DNA of 64,000 nucleotides. It comes from Methanocaldococcus sp. 28A. GTDB lineage: Archaea > AGJL01 > Methanococci > Methanococcales > Methanocaldococcaceae. Below, piece by piece: positions 42,787-52,560 of the stretch (its first letter is position 1; the number at the start of each line of letters is the position of its first letter). Under the pieces are notes generated by a model. The model did no database searches. It was not told the origin of the DNA and saw only the letters and a list, made by a program, of their open reading frames with translations. The position numbers were made by a program, and so were the translations under genes. Location: assembly GCA_049852185.1 (NCBI GenBank), contig CP187540.1; one strand, 5' to 3'.

Positions 42787-45700
42787 ATGGTTACTTTGGA
42801 AAAGATAGAATTAAAAAATTTCAAATCATTTAAAAAATTATCATTGGATATTCCAACGGGATTTACAGCTATAGTAGGGCCAAATGGTAGTGGGAAATCT
42901 AACATAGTTGATGCCATCTTATTTGTGCTTGGAAAAACTTCTGCTAAAAAGTTAAGAGCTAATAGGTTTAGTGGATTAATAACATATCATAATGGAAAGA
43001 GAGCAGATTTTGCTGAGGTTTGTTTATATTTCTCAAATGAAAATAATGTTTTCAATATTAACGCTGAGAGAGTAGGAATTTTAAGAAGGATAAAAAGTAG
43101 TGGAGAGACGGATTATTATTTAGTTTGGAAAGAAAATAATAAAGAAAAGAGAAAAAAGATGACTAAGCATGAAATTATTGATTTATTTAGAAGATTGGAA
43201 CTTTTAGGAGATAATGTAATTTCACAAGGGGATTTATTGAAAATTATTAATATCTCACCTATTGAAAGAAGAAAGATTATTGATGAAATTAGTGGGATAG
43301 CAGAGTTTGATGAAAAAAAGAAGAAGGCAGAGGAAGAGTTAAAAAAAGCGAGAGAGTTAATTGAAATGATTGATATAAGAATTAGTGAGGTTGAGAACAA
43401 TTTAAAGAAGCTTAAAAAAGAGAAAGAAGATGCAGAAAAATATATTAAATTAAATGAAGAGCTAAAATCAGCAAAATACGCTTTAATATTAAAGAAGGTT
43501 AATTATCTAAATATGCTCTTAGAAAATCTCCAAAATGACATTAAAAACTTAGAAAACCTTAAAAATGAATTTTTAGGAAAAGTTAAAGAAATAGATGGTG
43601 AAATAGGTAGTTTAAAATTGAGATTAAATAACATTATAAATGAACTCAATGAAAAAGGTAATGAAGAAGTTTTAGAGCTTCATAAATCAATTAAAGAGCT
43701 TGAAATTGAAATTGAAAACGATAAGAAGGTTTTGGAAAGCTCAATAAATGAATTAAATAAAATTGAGATTGAGATTGAAAATAAAAAGAATGAAATTGAA
43801 GAAACTCAGAAGAAGATTATTGAGAATAGAGATAGAATTATTGAAAAGGAAAATAAGATTAAAGAAATAGAGGAAAAAATTAAGGACTTAAATTATGAGA
43901 AAGAGAGATTAAAAGAGGTAATTTCTGAAAGTGAAAATATTATCAAAAATTTAAAAAAATCTGAAATGGAAATTGTAGATGAAATAGCTAAAAATCAAAA
44001 TGAGCTTTACAAATTAAAAAAAGAATTAAATGAGTTAGAAAATCTAATAAACAGAAAGAATTTTGAAATTGAGAAGAATAACGAGATTATTAAAAAATTA
44101 AAAGAGGAGCTTGAATCTTTTGAAGATGTTGATACTAAATCATTGTATTTAGAGCTTGAAAACTTAAATGTTGAAATTGAGTTTTCAAAGAGAAAAATTA
44201 AAGAGCTTGAAGAAAAAAAGAAAAAATTGCAAGTTAAATTAGATGAGTTACATTCTGAATATGTTAAAGAAAACACGAGAATTAAAGCATTAAAAGAGAT
44301 GGAAGAGCTATCTATGGATAGGGCTATCAAAGAAATCTTAAATGCTAACTTACCAGGAGTTATTGATATTGTTGGAAATTTAGGAAAAACAAAGATTGAA
44401 TATAAAACAGCCGTTGAAGTAGCGGCTGGGAATAGGTTGAATCATATCGTGGTTAAGAGAATGGATGATGCTGTTAGAGCTATAAAGTATCTAAAAGAGA
44501 GAAAGCTTGGGAGAGCTACATTTTTGCCACTGGATAGGATTGAAGGTAAAGAGGCAGAATATATAGATGAGGAGGGAGTTATTGGGAGAGCTATTGATTT
44601 GGTGGAATTTGACACAAAATACAAAAAGATTTTTGAGTATGTGTTTGGAAATACTGTAGTTGTTGAAAATATAGATATAGCAAAAGAATTGGCCAAAAAA
44701 TATAGAAAAGTAAGGTTTGTAACCTTGGATGGGGAGGTTATAGAGCCGAGTGGGGCAATGATTGGAGGAACTTTTAAGAGCAGAGCAAAGATAAAGGTCG
44801 ATATTGATTTAAGTAAGCTAAATAGAATAGCAGATGAAATTATAGACATTGAGAGTGAGTTGAGGAATATAAAAGATGAGATTGAGAGATTAAATGAGAT
44901 AATAAAGAAGAGCTCTGCCAAAAAAATGGAGATTGAAAATACCTTGGAAATAATTAAAAAGAATGAGATGAGAAGAAGAGAAATAGCTGAAAAGAACACT
45001 ATGAAAATAAAAGAGTTAGAGCTAAAAAATAAAAAGATTTTAGATGAGTTGGAAGAGCTAAACCTTAAAAAAGAGGAAATTTTAGATAGAATTAATGGGA
45101 TTGAGAATAAAATAAATGAGTTAATTGAAAGAAGGGAGAAGATAATTAATGAGCTGAAGGAATATGAAAGTGACGAAAACTTAAAGAGAATGAATGAAAT
45201 TGAAGATGAATTAAAAATTTTAGAAAAAGAAAAAGCTAAATTAAAAAATGAAATTGACAAAGGATTAACTTTAGTTAAAGAGATATTAATCCCAAAGATT
45301 GAAGAATTAAATAAAAAGGTCTATGAGTTGATAAATAAAAAAGCCATATTAGAAAAGAATATCTCATTCTATAAAGAGAGTATTGAAAAAAATTTATCCA
45401 TATTGGAGGAGAAGAGAAAAAAATATAATGAGTTAACTAAAAACCTAAAAGAACTTACTACAAAAAAAGAAGAACTTGAGAAAGAAATAGAAAGTTTAGA
45501 AAGAGAAAGAAAGGATTTATTAAGAAAAATTAGAGATATTGAAAATAAAATAAATGAACTCATGGTTGAAAAGGCAAAGTATGAGAGTAAGTTGGAGGAA
45601 GAGGAGAGAAAACTCTACCTATGTGAGAAAGTAGATATAAGTGAAGAACTTGAGAAAAAAGATATTGAAGAGCTTGAGATATACATAGGAGAGCTTGAAA

Positions 45701-46296
45701 ATGAAATAAAAAAATTAGAACCAGTTAATATGAGGGCTATTGAAGATTATAATTATGTTGCTGAGAGATATAATGAGCTTATAGAAAAAAGAGAAGAATA
45801 TGAGAGAGATGAGAAAAAATATATCCAATTGATGGAAGAACTTGAAAATAAAAAGAAAGAAGTATTTATGGAAGTTTTTAATAAGATAGCTAAGAACTTT
45901 GAGGAAGTGTATAAAGAGATTGGAGGAATTGGAAAACTAAGCTTAGAAAATGAGAAAAATCCATTTGAGGGAGGTATTTTAATAGATGCTTCTCCAAGAG
46001 GTAAAAAGCTTTTAAGTTTAGATGCTATGAGTGGAGGAGAAAAGAGTTTAACTGCCTTAGCATTTTTATTTGCCATTCAAAGGTTGAATCCTTCACCATT
46101 TTATGTATTGGATGAAGTTGATGCTGCCTTAGATGTAAAAAACGTCTCTTTAATTGCAGAAATGATTAAAAACGCCTCTAAGGACAGCCAATTTATAGTT
46201 ATAAGTCATAGAGAGCAGATGGTTAGTAAGGCAGATGTTGTTTATGGAGTTTATATGGAAAATGGATTGAGTAAGGTTGTAGGTATTAGAATATAA
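42787..46296 (+). CDS. smc: Chromosome partition protein Smc
   Basis: GPNGSGKSN, hinge GRATFLPL, MSGGEK, LDEVDAALD; long coiled coils. Confidence 0.97.
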   Translation: MVTLEKIELKNFKSFKKLSLDIPTGFTAIVGPNGSGKSNIVDAILFVLGKTSAKKLRANRFSGLITYHNGKRADFAEVCLYFSNENNVFNINAERVGILRRIKSSGETDYYLVWKENNKEKRKKMTKHEIIDLFRRLELLGDNVISQGDLLKIINISPIERRKIIDEISGIAEFDEKKKKAEEELKKARELIEMIDIRISEVENNLKKLKKEKEDAEKYIKLNEELKSAKYALILKKVNYLNMLLENLQNDIKNLENLKNEFLGKVKEIDGEIGSLKLRLNNIINELNEKGNEEVLELHKSIKELEIEIENDKKVLESSINELNKIEIEIENKKNEIEETQKKIIENRDRIIEKENKIKEIEEKIKDLNYEKERLKEVISESENIIKNLKKSEMEIVDEIAKNQNELYKLKKELNELENLINRKNFEIEKNNEIIKKLKEELESFEDVDTKSLYLELENLNVEIEFSKRKIKELEEKKKKLQVKLDELHSEYVKENTRIKALKEMEELSMDRAIKEILNANLPGVIDIVGNLGKTKIEYKTAVEVAAGNRLNHIVVKRMDDAVRAIKYLKERKLGRATFLPLDRIEGKEAEYIDEEGVIGRAIDLVEFDTKYKKIFEYVFGNTVVVENIDIAKELAKKYRKVRFVTLDGEVIEPSGAMIGGTFKSRAKIKVDIDLSKLNRIADEIIDIESELRNIKDEIERLNEIIKKSSAKKMEIENTLEIIKKNEMRRREIAEKNTMKIKELELKNKKILDELEELNLKKEEILDRINGIENKINELIERREKIINELKEYESDENLKRMNEIEDELKILEKEKAKLKNEIDKGLTLVKEILIPKIEELNKKVYELINKKAILEKNISFYKESIEKNLSILEEKRKKYNELTKNLKELTTKKEELEKEIESLERERKDLLRKIRDIENKINELMVEKAKYESKLEEEERKLYLCEKVDISEELEKKDIEELEIYIGELENEIKKLEPVNMRAIEDYNYVAERYNELIEKREEYERDEKKYIQLMEELENKKKEVFMEVFNKIAKNFEEVYKEIGGIGKLSLENEKNPFEGGILIDASPRGKKLLSLDAMSGGEKSLTALAFLFAIQRLNPSPFYVLDEVDAALDVKNVSLIAEMIKNASKDSQFIVISHREQMVSKADVVYGVYMENGLSKVVGIRI

Positions 46297-46318
46297 TTAA
46301 CTATAGGGCTTCGCTTTT

Positions 46319-46657
46319 ATGACGGCTCTCCGCCCTAAAGGGCGGAGTTTCGAGAGAGCGAGCCTAAGCTCGCCCTCTCCGGCCCCGCCAAAGCCACTAT
46401 CCCTATCCCATTTGGGATTCGGGGCTACGCTTTAACCATTTCTATGTCCCCAGCGGTGGAGTTTTCGATAACCCCACCCATTAATAACTTGGACTGGGGA
46501 CATAAGTTAGTTTATTAATTCGAGTATATAAAAGTTATGTTTGTCCCACCCACCTCCCCTATCTCCTTGCTTCGCAAGGAGAGTAATGAAATCTGAAAAA
46601 TTTCATCTGAATTCATCACCGCCCTAAAGGGCGGTGCTTTCTTAGCGACAATAAATG
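46319..46657 (-). mobile_element. Complete 339-bp non-autonomous IS200/IS605-type element with no tnpA or tnpB
   Basis: Minus strand: TTAC then left end with AAAG + CCGCCCTTTAGGGCGG hairpin; right end GAAA + CTCCGCCCTTTAGGGCGGAG...TCAT. Confidence 0.87.
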
Positions 46658-46685
46658 GTAAAATCTCAGTGTTCATATAAGAACC

Positions 46686-46961
46686 GCCCATGGGTAAATC
46701 AAGAATTGATTTTAAAACACTTTTTCCTGGAAATTGATATCTTGATAATGCATATCCAATTGGTATTGATGACAAGAAACGTTGAGATTGAAGAGGTTAC
46801 AATTGATAGCTTTAAAGAATAAATCATTTCTTCAGTTTTTAATGAACTAATAACTTCTGAAGGATTAGGAATTAGAAACAATGATGCAATCGCTAAAAAT
46901 AATAAAAAAGCAAATAAAAATGATAATAAGATGCAAAAACCCTGAAAATAATATATTTCAT
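46686..46961 (-). pseudogene. Molybdate/tungstate ABC permease (ModB-like), frameshifted and 3'-truncated
   Basis: Pieces SLKLSIVTSSIST and IPIGYALSRYQFPGKSVLKSILDLPM lie in different frames. Confidence 0.82.
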
Positions 46962-46981
46962 TAACATCACCTTAAAACAAT

Positions 46982-47567
46982 TTATTGATTACATGGGATA
47001 AAACCCCATTTTCTCCAAATTTCTTTTGGTTCATCACTTGAAATATAATTATTAAATGCCTCAGCAACCTCTAAGTTATTGTCTTTTTTGGCATAGATTG
47101 TTACAGCTGTTGGAATTGTTTTTATAATGTTTTTATCTTTTGGAATTCTAATAACATCAATTTTTCCTTTACCTTCTGCCCAAGTAACCATATTCTCCCA
47201 TATAATTGACGCATCTGCTTGATTTGTTACTAAATAGATAAGAAGCTGATTAACTGTTGGTGTTTTAACAATAATATTTTTGCTAACAGTATGCTCCCGG
47301 AATGAAAACATCTCCTCCTGTTGTTGTTAAGATTCCAAACAATTCCGCACTACCTCCATAATGAACTTCCACTTTAGCCCCTGTTTTATTTTCAAAGTTC
47401 TGTATGAGTTCATTCATTGGCTTCATTAATCCAGCTCCACATAAAACAGTTATTGTCTTTCCTTCATAAGGTTTGTTTGTTGAAATTAGTTTATTTTCAT
47501 TCAAACAACCACATAAAACTCCAAATATGAGCATTAAAGAAACAAAAAGGTAAATTTTACCATTCAT
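46982..47567 (-). pseudogene. Molybdate/tungstate-binding lipoprotein (ModA-like) with internal deletion and frameshift
   Basis: Lipobox LCGC, CGAGLMKPM, YGGS, DVFIPG; frame breaks near 47290 into PTVNQLL...ADASIIW...KWGF. Confidence 0.85.
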
Positions 47568-47711
47568 ATTTTCACATCCCCTAAGCCTTCTATTAATTAT
47601 ATATGGTTATTATTTATCCCCCATGTTAATTAAAATAGATTAACAAAAGATAATGATTTATACACTATAAAAATAAAATAAAAAGGATAGGTTGTATGAG
47701 GAAGAGATATT

Positions 47712-48518
47712 ATGTTAATATTTGGCACTGCTGGAGTTCCAATATCTGCAGAGGACGAATTTAAAGGAGTAGATGTTTTAAGAAAGTTAAATTTGGGAGC
47801 TATGGAATTAGAATTTGTTAAAGGAGTTTATATGAAAGAGGATTATGCTAAAAAGTTGAAAGAGTATGGAAAAGATATTATTTTTTCTGCTCATGCACCC
47901 CATTTTATAAATCTTAATGCAAATGAAAATGAAAAAATAGAGAATAGTATAAGGAGAATTATCAAAACAGCTAAGGTTTTAAACAATTGTGGTAGAAATT
48001 TAGTTTTTCATCCTGGATATTATTTGAAAAGAAGTAAGGAAGTAACTTACAATAGAATAAAGTCAAATATTCAGAGAATTTTGGATAAATTAGAGATTTT
48101 AAATTTAAATATTATGTTAAGACCTGAAACTACTGGAAAAACTTCACAATTTGGTGATATTGACGAGATATTAAAACTTTGTTTTGAATTGGATATTTTG
48201 CCATGTATTGATTTTCCCCATATTTATGCAAGAAGTAGAGGGGCTATAAATGATTATAACTCTTTTTATAAAGTTCTTGAAAAGATTGAAAATACCTTAG
48301 GAAAAAATGCTATAAAGGATATGCACATTCATTTATCAGGAATAGAGTATGGAAAGGGAGGGGAAAGGAGGCATTTACCTTTAAATGAATCTAATTTTAA
48401 TTATAAAGATGTTTTAAAAGTTTTAAGAGATTTTGAAGCCTCTGGAACTGTAATATGTGAGAGTCCAAGGTTGGAGTATGATGCTGTTTTGTTGATGAAA
48501 TGCTATAATGACTTATAA
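47712..48518 (+). CDS. Endonuclease IV-like TIM-barrel protein
   Basis: SAHAPHFINL, VFHPG, RPETTGK, CIDFPH, HIHLSG, ICESP. Confidence 0.85.
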   Translation: MLIFGTAGVPISAEDEFKGVDVLRKLNLGAMELEFVKGVYMKEDYAKKLKEYGKDIIFSAHAPHFINLNANENEKIENSIRRIIKTAKVLNNCGRNLVFHPGYYLKRSKEVTYNRIKSNIQRILDKLEILNLNIMLRPETTGKTSQFGDIDEILKLCFELDILPCIDFPHIYARSRGAINDYNSFYKVLEKIENTLGKNAIKDMHIHLSGIEYGKGGERRHLPLNESNFNYKDVLKVLRDFEASGTVICESPRLEYDAVLLMKCYNDL

Positions 48519-48606
48519 AATCCTAAATTGATTATTTTATATAAAATGAAACAAAAATTAATTAAATTAATTATTAGTAAAATTGGTGTTTAAGATGATA
48601 GGTGAA

Positions 48607-49518
48607 ATGGACATTATAAAAGAAACTTATGAAAAAATCAAAAATATGGAAATTAGAGGAGCTGGAAGGATAGGGAGGGCTGCAGCTAAGGCATTGAAGG
48701 AATATGCTCTAAAAATTTTTCATTTAAGTGAAGAAGAATTCAAAAATAAAATGAGAGAAGCTGGAGATTTATTGATATCTGCAAGACCTACAGCTGTTTC
48801 TCTACCAAATGCTGTAAAGTATGTATTAAAAGGATTAAATGAAGAAAATCCAAAAGAGAGGATTATAGAAAGGGCTGATGAATTTATAAGCTCTTCATTA
48901 AAGGCAATTGAAAATATAGGAAAGTTTGGGGCTAATAGAATAAGGAATGGAGACACTATATTAACTCACTGTAATTCTGAAGCTGCTATAAGTGTTATAA
49001 AAACTGCTTATGATAAAGGAAAAGATATTAAAGTTTTTTGCACAGAAACAAGACCAAGAAACCAAGGTTACATAACAGCAAAAACTCTCTATGACTACGG
49101 AATTGATGTAACTTTAATAGTTGATTCTGCAGTAAGATACTTTATAAAAGATGTTGATATTGTCATTGTGGGAGCTGATGCCATAACAGCAAATGGATGT
49201 CTTGTAAATAAAATAGGAACTTCTCAAATTGCTTTAATAGCTAATGAGAGTAGAGTTCCTTTTTTAACAGCCGCTGAAACTTATAAATTCCATCCAAAAA
49301 CTATAGTTGGAGAACTAATTGAAATAGAAGAAAGAGACCCAGAAGAAGTTACAACATTTGAAGATAAATATAAAGGTATAAAGATAAGAAATCCAGCATT
49401 TGATGTAACTCCTGCTAAGTATATAGATGCCATAATAACAGAGATTGGATTAATTTCTCCACAAGTAGCGTGGTATATTATAGAAAAGTTCTTTGGTTGG
49501 GGCCGTTTCCTTAAATAG
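48607..49518 (+). CDS. Ribose-1,5-bisphosphate isomerase (eIF2B-like)
   Basis: IRGAG, RPTAVSL, THCNS, ETRP, GADA, NKIGT, NPAFDVTP; start moved to MDIIK after GGTGA. Confidence 0.9.
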   Translation: MDIIKETYEKIKNMEIRGAGRIGRAAAKALKEYALKIFHLSEEEFKNKMREAGDLLISARPTAVSLPNAVKYVLKGLNEENPKERIIERADEFISSSLKAIENIGKFGANRIRNGDTILTHCNSEAAISVIKTAYDKGKDIKVFCTETRPRNQGYITAKTLYDYGIDVTLIVDSAVRYFIKDVDIVIVGADAITANGCLVNKIGTSQIALIANESRVPFLTAAETYKFHPKTIVGELIEIEERDPEEVTTFEDKYKGIKIRNPAFDVTPAKYIDAIITEIGLISPQVAWYIIEKFFGWGRFLK

Positions 49519-49601
49519 AACATACAAAACAAATCTATACTTTTGTTTTTATAAAATACCATCCAAAATTTTAAATAATAATTTTAACGATATATTATAA
49601 C

Positions 49602-49760
49602 GTGGCAGTCCCGATATGTAGGGGAAACTAAGCCCAATGGGACTGCTATTAAGTCGAAGATGTGGGGAGTTCTTGTTCCCCCGATTGCCAGCCGATGAAG
49701 TTGGGAGGCTGGACTACGATTCGTTCGATATGTTCCATTTGTAGCGGAGAACCAGAACGG
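49602..49760 (+). ncRNA. GC-rich structured RNA resembling a tnpB 3'-end (omegaRNA / Hgc-type) scaffold
   Basis: Hairpins TGGCAGTCCC/GGGACTGCTA, GGGGAG/TTCCCC, CCAGCC/GGCTGG; ends CAGAACGG; no credible ORF. Confidence 0.6.
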
Positions 49761-49980
49761 GTCTGTCCAATATGGACAAACATCCATATTGGACTTGGGC
49801 GTCATCAACCCTCTGGGTTCATTGGCTTAGGTCTCTGCCCCTGTCATGGACATAAAAACCTTACGGTTTTTAAGTTCTCGTCGCTTCGCTTTGAGAGACT
49901 ACCTACCCCTCTCATTGGTTAAATTGATAATAACTGCCCTTCTTGACCCCTCATTTTCTCCCACATCTGGGGCAGTTATA
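49761..49980 (-). ncRNA. Second, convergent GC-rich structured RNA with a tnpB-like zinc-finger relic
   Basis: ATAACTGCCC/GGGCAGTTAT and GTCCAATATGGA/TCCATATTGGAC hairpins; minus strand reads YNCPRCGRK. Confidence 0.5.
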
Positions 49981-50224
49981 TTTTAGTAATGAAAATCTAT
50001 AAATGTCTATATTTGCCTATGAAAAATTAAACAGTTTAAACGGCAGAATATACAACAGTTACATAGGAATTCCTAAAAATGATAAAACATAAGAAACAGA
50101 TATGATATAAAACACCGTAATAAATTGTGTAGTTATTAAGTTCTCTTCATCTTTAATGTTAATAACAACCTCATTAGTATCTCTATATTTCTCTACCTCA
50201 ATATATTATTTTTTGGTGTAAACA

Positions 50225-51418
50225 ATGCTAAATCTTCCATATTTAATTTTAGGCATAATATGTGGTACTATTACAGGTTTATTTCCAGGAATTCATCCAA
50301 ATAATATAGTAGCTTTGTCATTATTAATTTTGCCATATTTTGGAATAGATAATTACGTTCTATTTTTAATTGGTTTAGTTATAACACATTATTTTATAAA
50401 TTTTATTCCTTCAGCTTTTTTAGGTGTGCCAGATGATGAAACTGCAACATCAGTTTTACCAATGCATAGATTAACATTAAATGGAAAAGGTTATGAAGCT
50501 GTTGTATTGGCTGGATTTGGAAGCTATTTAGGTGTTATTTTTTCAATAATTATTACTTTATTTTTAATTTTTATATTAAATATAGATATTAACTCTTTTT
50601 ATTATTCAGCAAAGCCTTTTATTCCTTTTATTTTAATTACTTTAGTTCTATATCAAATTTTAACATCAAAATCAATCTGGGAAATTTTGGTCATATTTTT
50701 ATCAGGAATTTTTGGAATAGCAGTTTTATATTGCAATGATGCTTACAATATAACATTAACAGCAATATTTACTGGAATGTTTGGAATTCCTTTACTTATA
50801 AATAATTTAAAAACCTACAAAATAAAAAGTCAAATAATAACGTTCCCTGATTTTGATATAAAGTTTTTAAAATCGTCTTTTTTTGCTTCTATTGTAGGAT
50901 TTTTTAGAATATTTTTGCCAGGTATGAGTGGAGCTCAATTAAACTATATTTTGAGTAAAATTTTAAATGAAAAGGATTTGAAGAATTTTATTATTTCTCA
51001 GGGAAGTATTATTTTGTCTAATGAAGTTTTTTCTTTACTCTCTATAATATTTATAGGAATTGGTAGAAGTGGAGTTGCAAGAGCGATACAACATTTGCAT
51101 GCAAATATTAATTTGAATATAGCAATATTTTCTATTCTAATTTCTTCTACAATTGCATTAGTTATTCTAATAAATTTATCCAAATACATCCTTCTTTTTA
51201 TTAGAAAAGTTAATTTTAAATATCTATCTCTATTTTTTATAATGTTTTGTTCCTTTATTATAGTTATCGGAAGCTATAACACATATTTAAGTTATCATAT
51301 TATTGTATATTTAACATCAATTTGTATAGGGCTTTTAGCATTAAAAAGTCAATCAAAGCTATCAAATATGATGAACGTCTTAATATTCCCAACGATATTG
51401 TATTTCTTATGGGGATAA
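50225..51418 (+). CDS. TctA-like (DUF112) membrane protein
   Basis: TGLFPGIHPN, FIPSAFLGVPD, LPMH. Confidence 0.85.
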   Translation: MLNLPYLILGIICGTITGLFPGIHPNNIVALSLLILPYFGIDNYVLFLIGLVITHYFINFIPSAFLGVPDDETATSVLPMHRLTLNGKGYEAVVLAGFGSYLGVIFSIIITLFLIFILNIDINSFYYSAKPFIPFILITLVLYQILTSKSIWEILVIFLSGIFGIAVLYCNDAYNITLTAIFTGMFGIPLLINNLKTYKIKSQIITFPDFDIKFLKSSFFASIVGFFRIFLPGMSGAQLNYILSKILNEKDLKNFIISQGSIILSNEVFSLLSIIFIGIGRSGVARAIQHLHANINLNIAIFSILISSTIALVILINLSKYILLFIRKVNFKYLSLFFIMFCSFIIVIGSYNTYLSYHIIVYLTSICIGLLALKSQSKLSNMMNVLIFPTILYFLWG

Positions 51419-51419
51419 T

Positions 51420-52376
51420 ATGGATTTAAAACGTCATATTTTTAATAAAAGGACGATACTTTCTTTTATAATATCTTTGGGAATAGTTCTATATATCTTT
51501 TCAAAGATAGATTTGGATAAATTAATATTAATTTTAAAACATACAAAAATTATTTATTATTTTTTTGCAATAGCAATGTTCTATATTTCAATATTAATTA
51601 GAAGCTATCGTTGGAGAATTTTCTTAAAAAATGTGAATATTATTTTAAAGTTAAAAGATGCTTTTATATTGTATTATCTTTCAATGTTTGTAAATTCATT
51701 AGTTCCTGCTAAGTTAGGAGATATTTATAGAGGATACTTATTAAAAAAGAAAACTAATAAGTCAATATCATTGGGATTTGGAACTGTTTTTATTGAAAGG
51801 GTTTTTGACTTGATAGCGATGATTAGTTTATTATTTATCTCTGCTTACTTATCATTTAAATCAGATATTCCAAAGGAAATTCTTTATTCAATAAAATGGG
51901 GAGCTATTATAATTCTATTTTTGATTTTTCTAATTTTTGGTTTTTTAGTGGTTAATAATAAGTTAAATTTAAAAAATAAAAAATTAGAGGCAATATTGAT
52001 TAACTTTGAGAAAGGATTAAAAGCCGTAAAACTAAATACTTTCCCTTTATTGATTATTTTATCATTTATTGGGTGGTTTATTGAGGGATTAACTATTTAT
52101 TTTATATTTTTAGCATTAAATCTAAATTTAGAAATATCATTTGGAGTATTTTCTGATTTAGCGTCTTCTTTATTAACTGCAATTCCTATAACACCATCAG
52201 GATTGGGTATTGTAGAGTATGCATTAATTTATATATTAAAACTAAAAAGTATAGATGAAAATAAGGCCTTTGCTGTTCTTATTTTATATCGTTTAATATC
52301 ATATTTTTCAGTTGTTTTGTTTGGGGCGATAATGTTTTATATCGTTGAGGGAAATATTCTAAAAGAATCTAAATAG
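51420..52376 (+). CDS. UPF0104 / flippase-like membrane protein
   Basis: RSYRW, PAKLGDIYR, ERVFD, TPSGLGIVE; the stop TAG is the start of a family B terminal repeat. Confidence 0.85.
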   Translation: MDLKRHIFNKRTILSFIISLGIVLYIFSKIDLDKLILILKHTKIIYYFFAIAMFYISILIRSYRWRIFLKNVNIILKLKDAFILYYLSMFVNSLVPAKLGDIYRGYLLKKKTNKSISLGFGTVFIERVFDLIAMISLLFISAYLSFKSDIPKEILYSIKWGAIIILFLIFLIFGFLVVNNKLNLKNKKLEAILINFEKGLKAVKLNTFPLLIILSFIGWFIEGLTIYFIFLALNLNLEISFGVFSDLASSLLTAIPITPSGLGIVEYALIYILKLKSIDENKAFAVLILYRLISYFSVVLFGAIMFYIVEGNILKESK

Positions 52377-52410
52377 GACTTTTCTATATATATCATTCAA
52401 TGAATAATAA

Positions 52411-52504
52411 TAGGACTTTTGCAGTTTAATATAATTAAATTTAGAACATTGACACCTTTAGGTGTCTATATTTAATTAAAAAATTTATTCCTGCGAAAGT
52501 CCTA
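52411..52504. mobile_element. MITE family B copy upstream of serS
   Basis: TAGGACTTTTGCAG...CTGCGAAAGTCCTA with GACACC/GGTGTC internal hairpin. Confidence 0.85.
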
Positions 52505-52560
52505 TTTCAAAAATTTATCTTACCTTTTCAAAAACAATAAAATGTTATTGGTGATACAAA

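Noticed and set aside
43116-46076. Long antisense ORFs inside smc, and similar shadow ORFs opposite other genes
   Set aside because: Ser/Phe/Leu-rich mirror frames expected opposite Lys/Glu-rich coding strands.
49584-49922. Two overlapping short ORFs (74 and 86 aa)
   Set aside because: By-products of a GC-rich structured region; atypical composition and no RBS.
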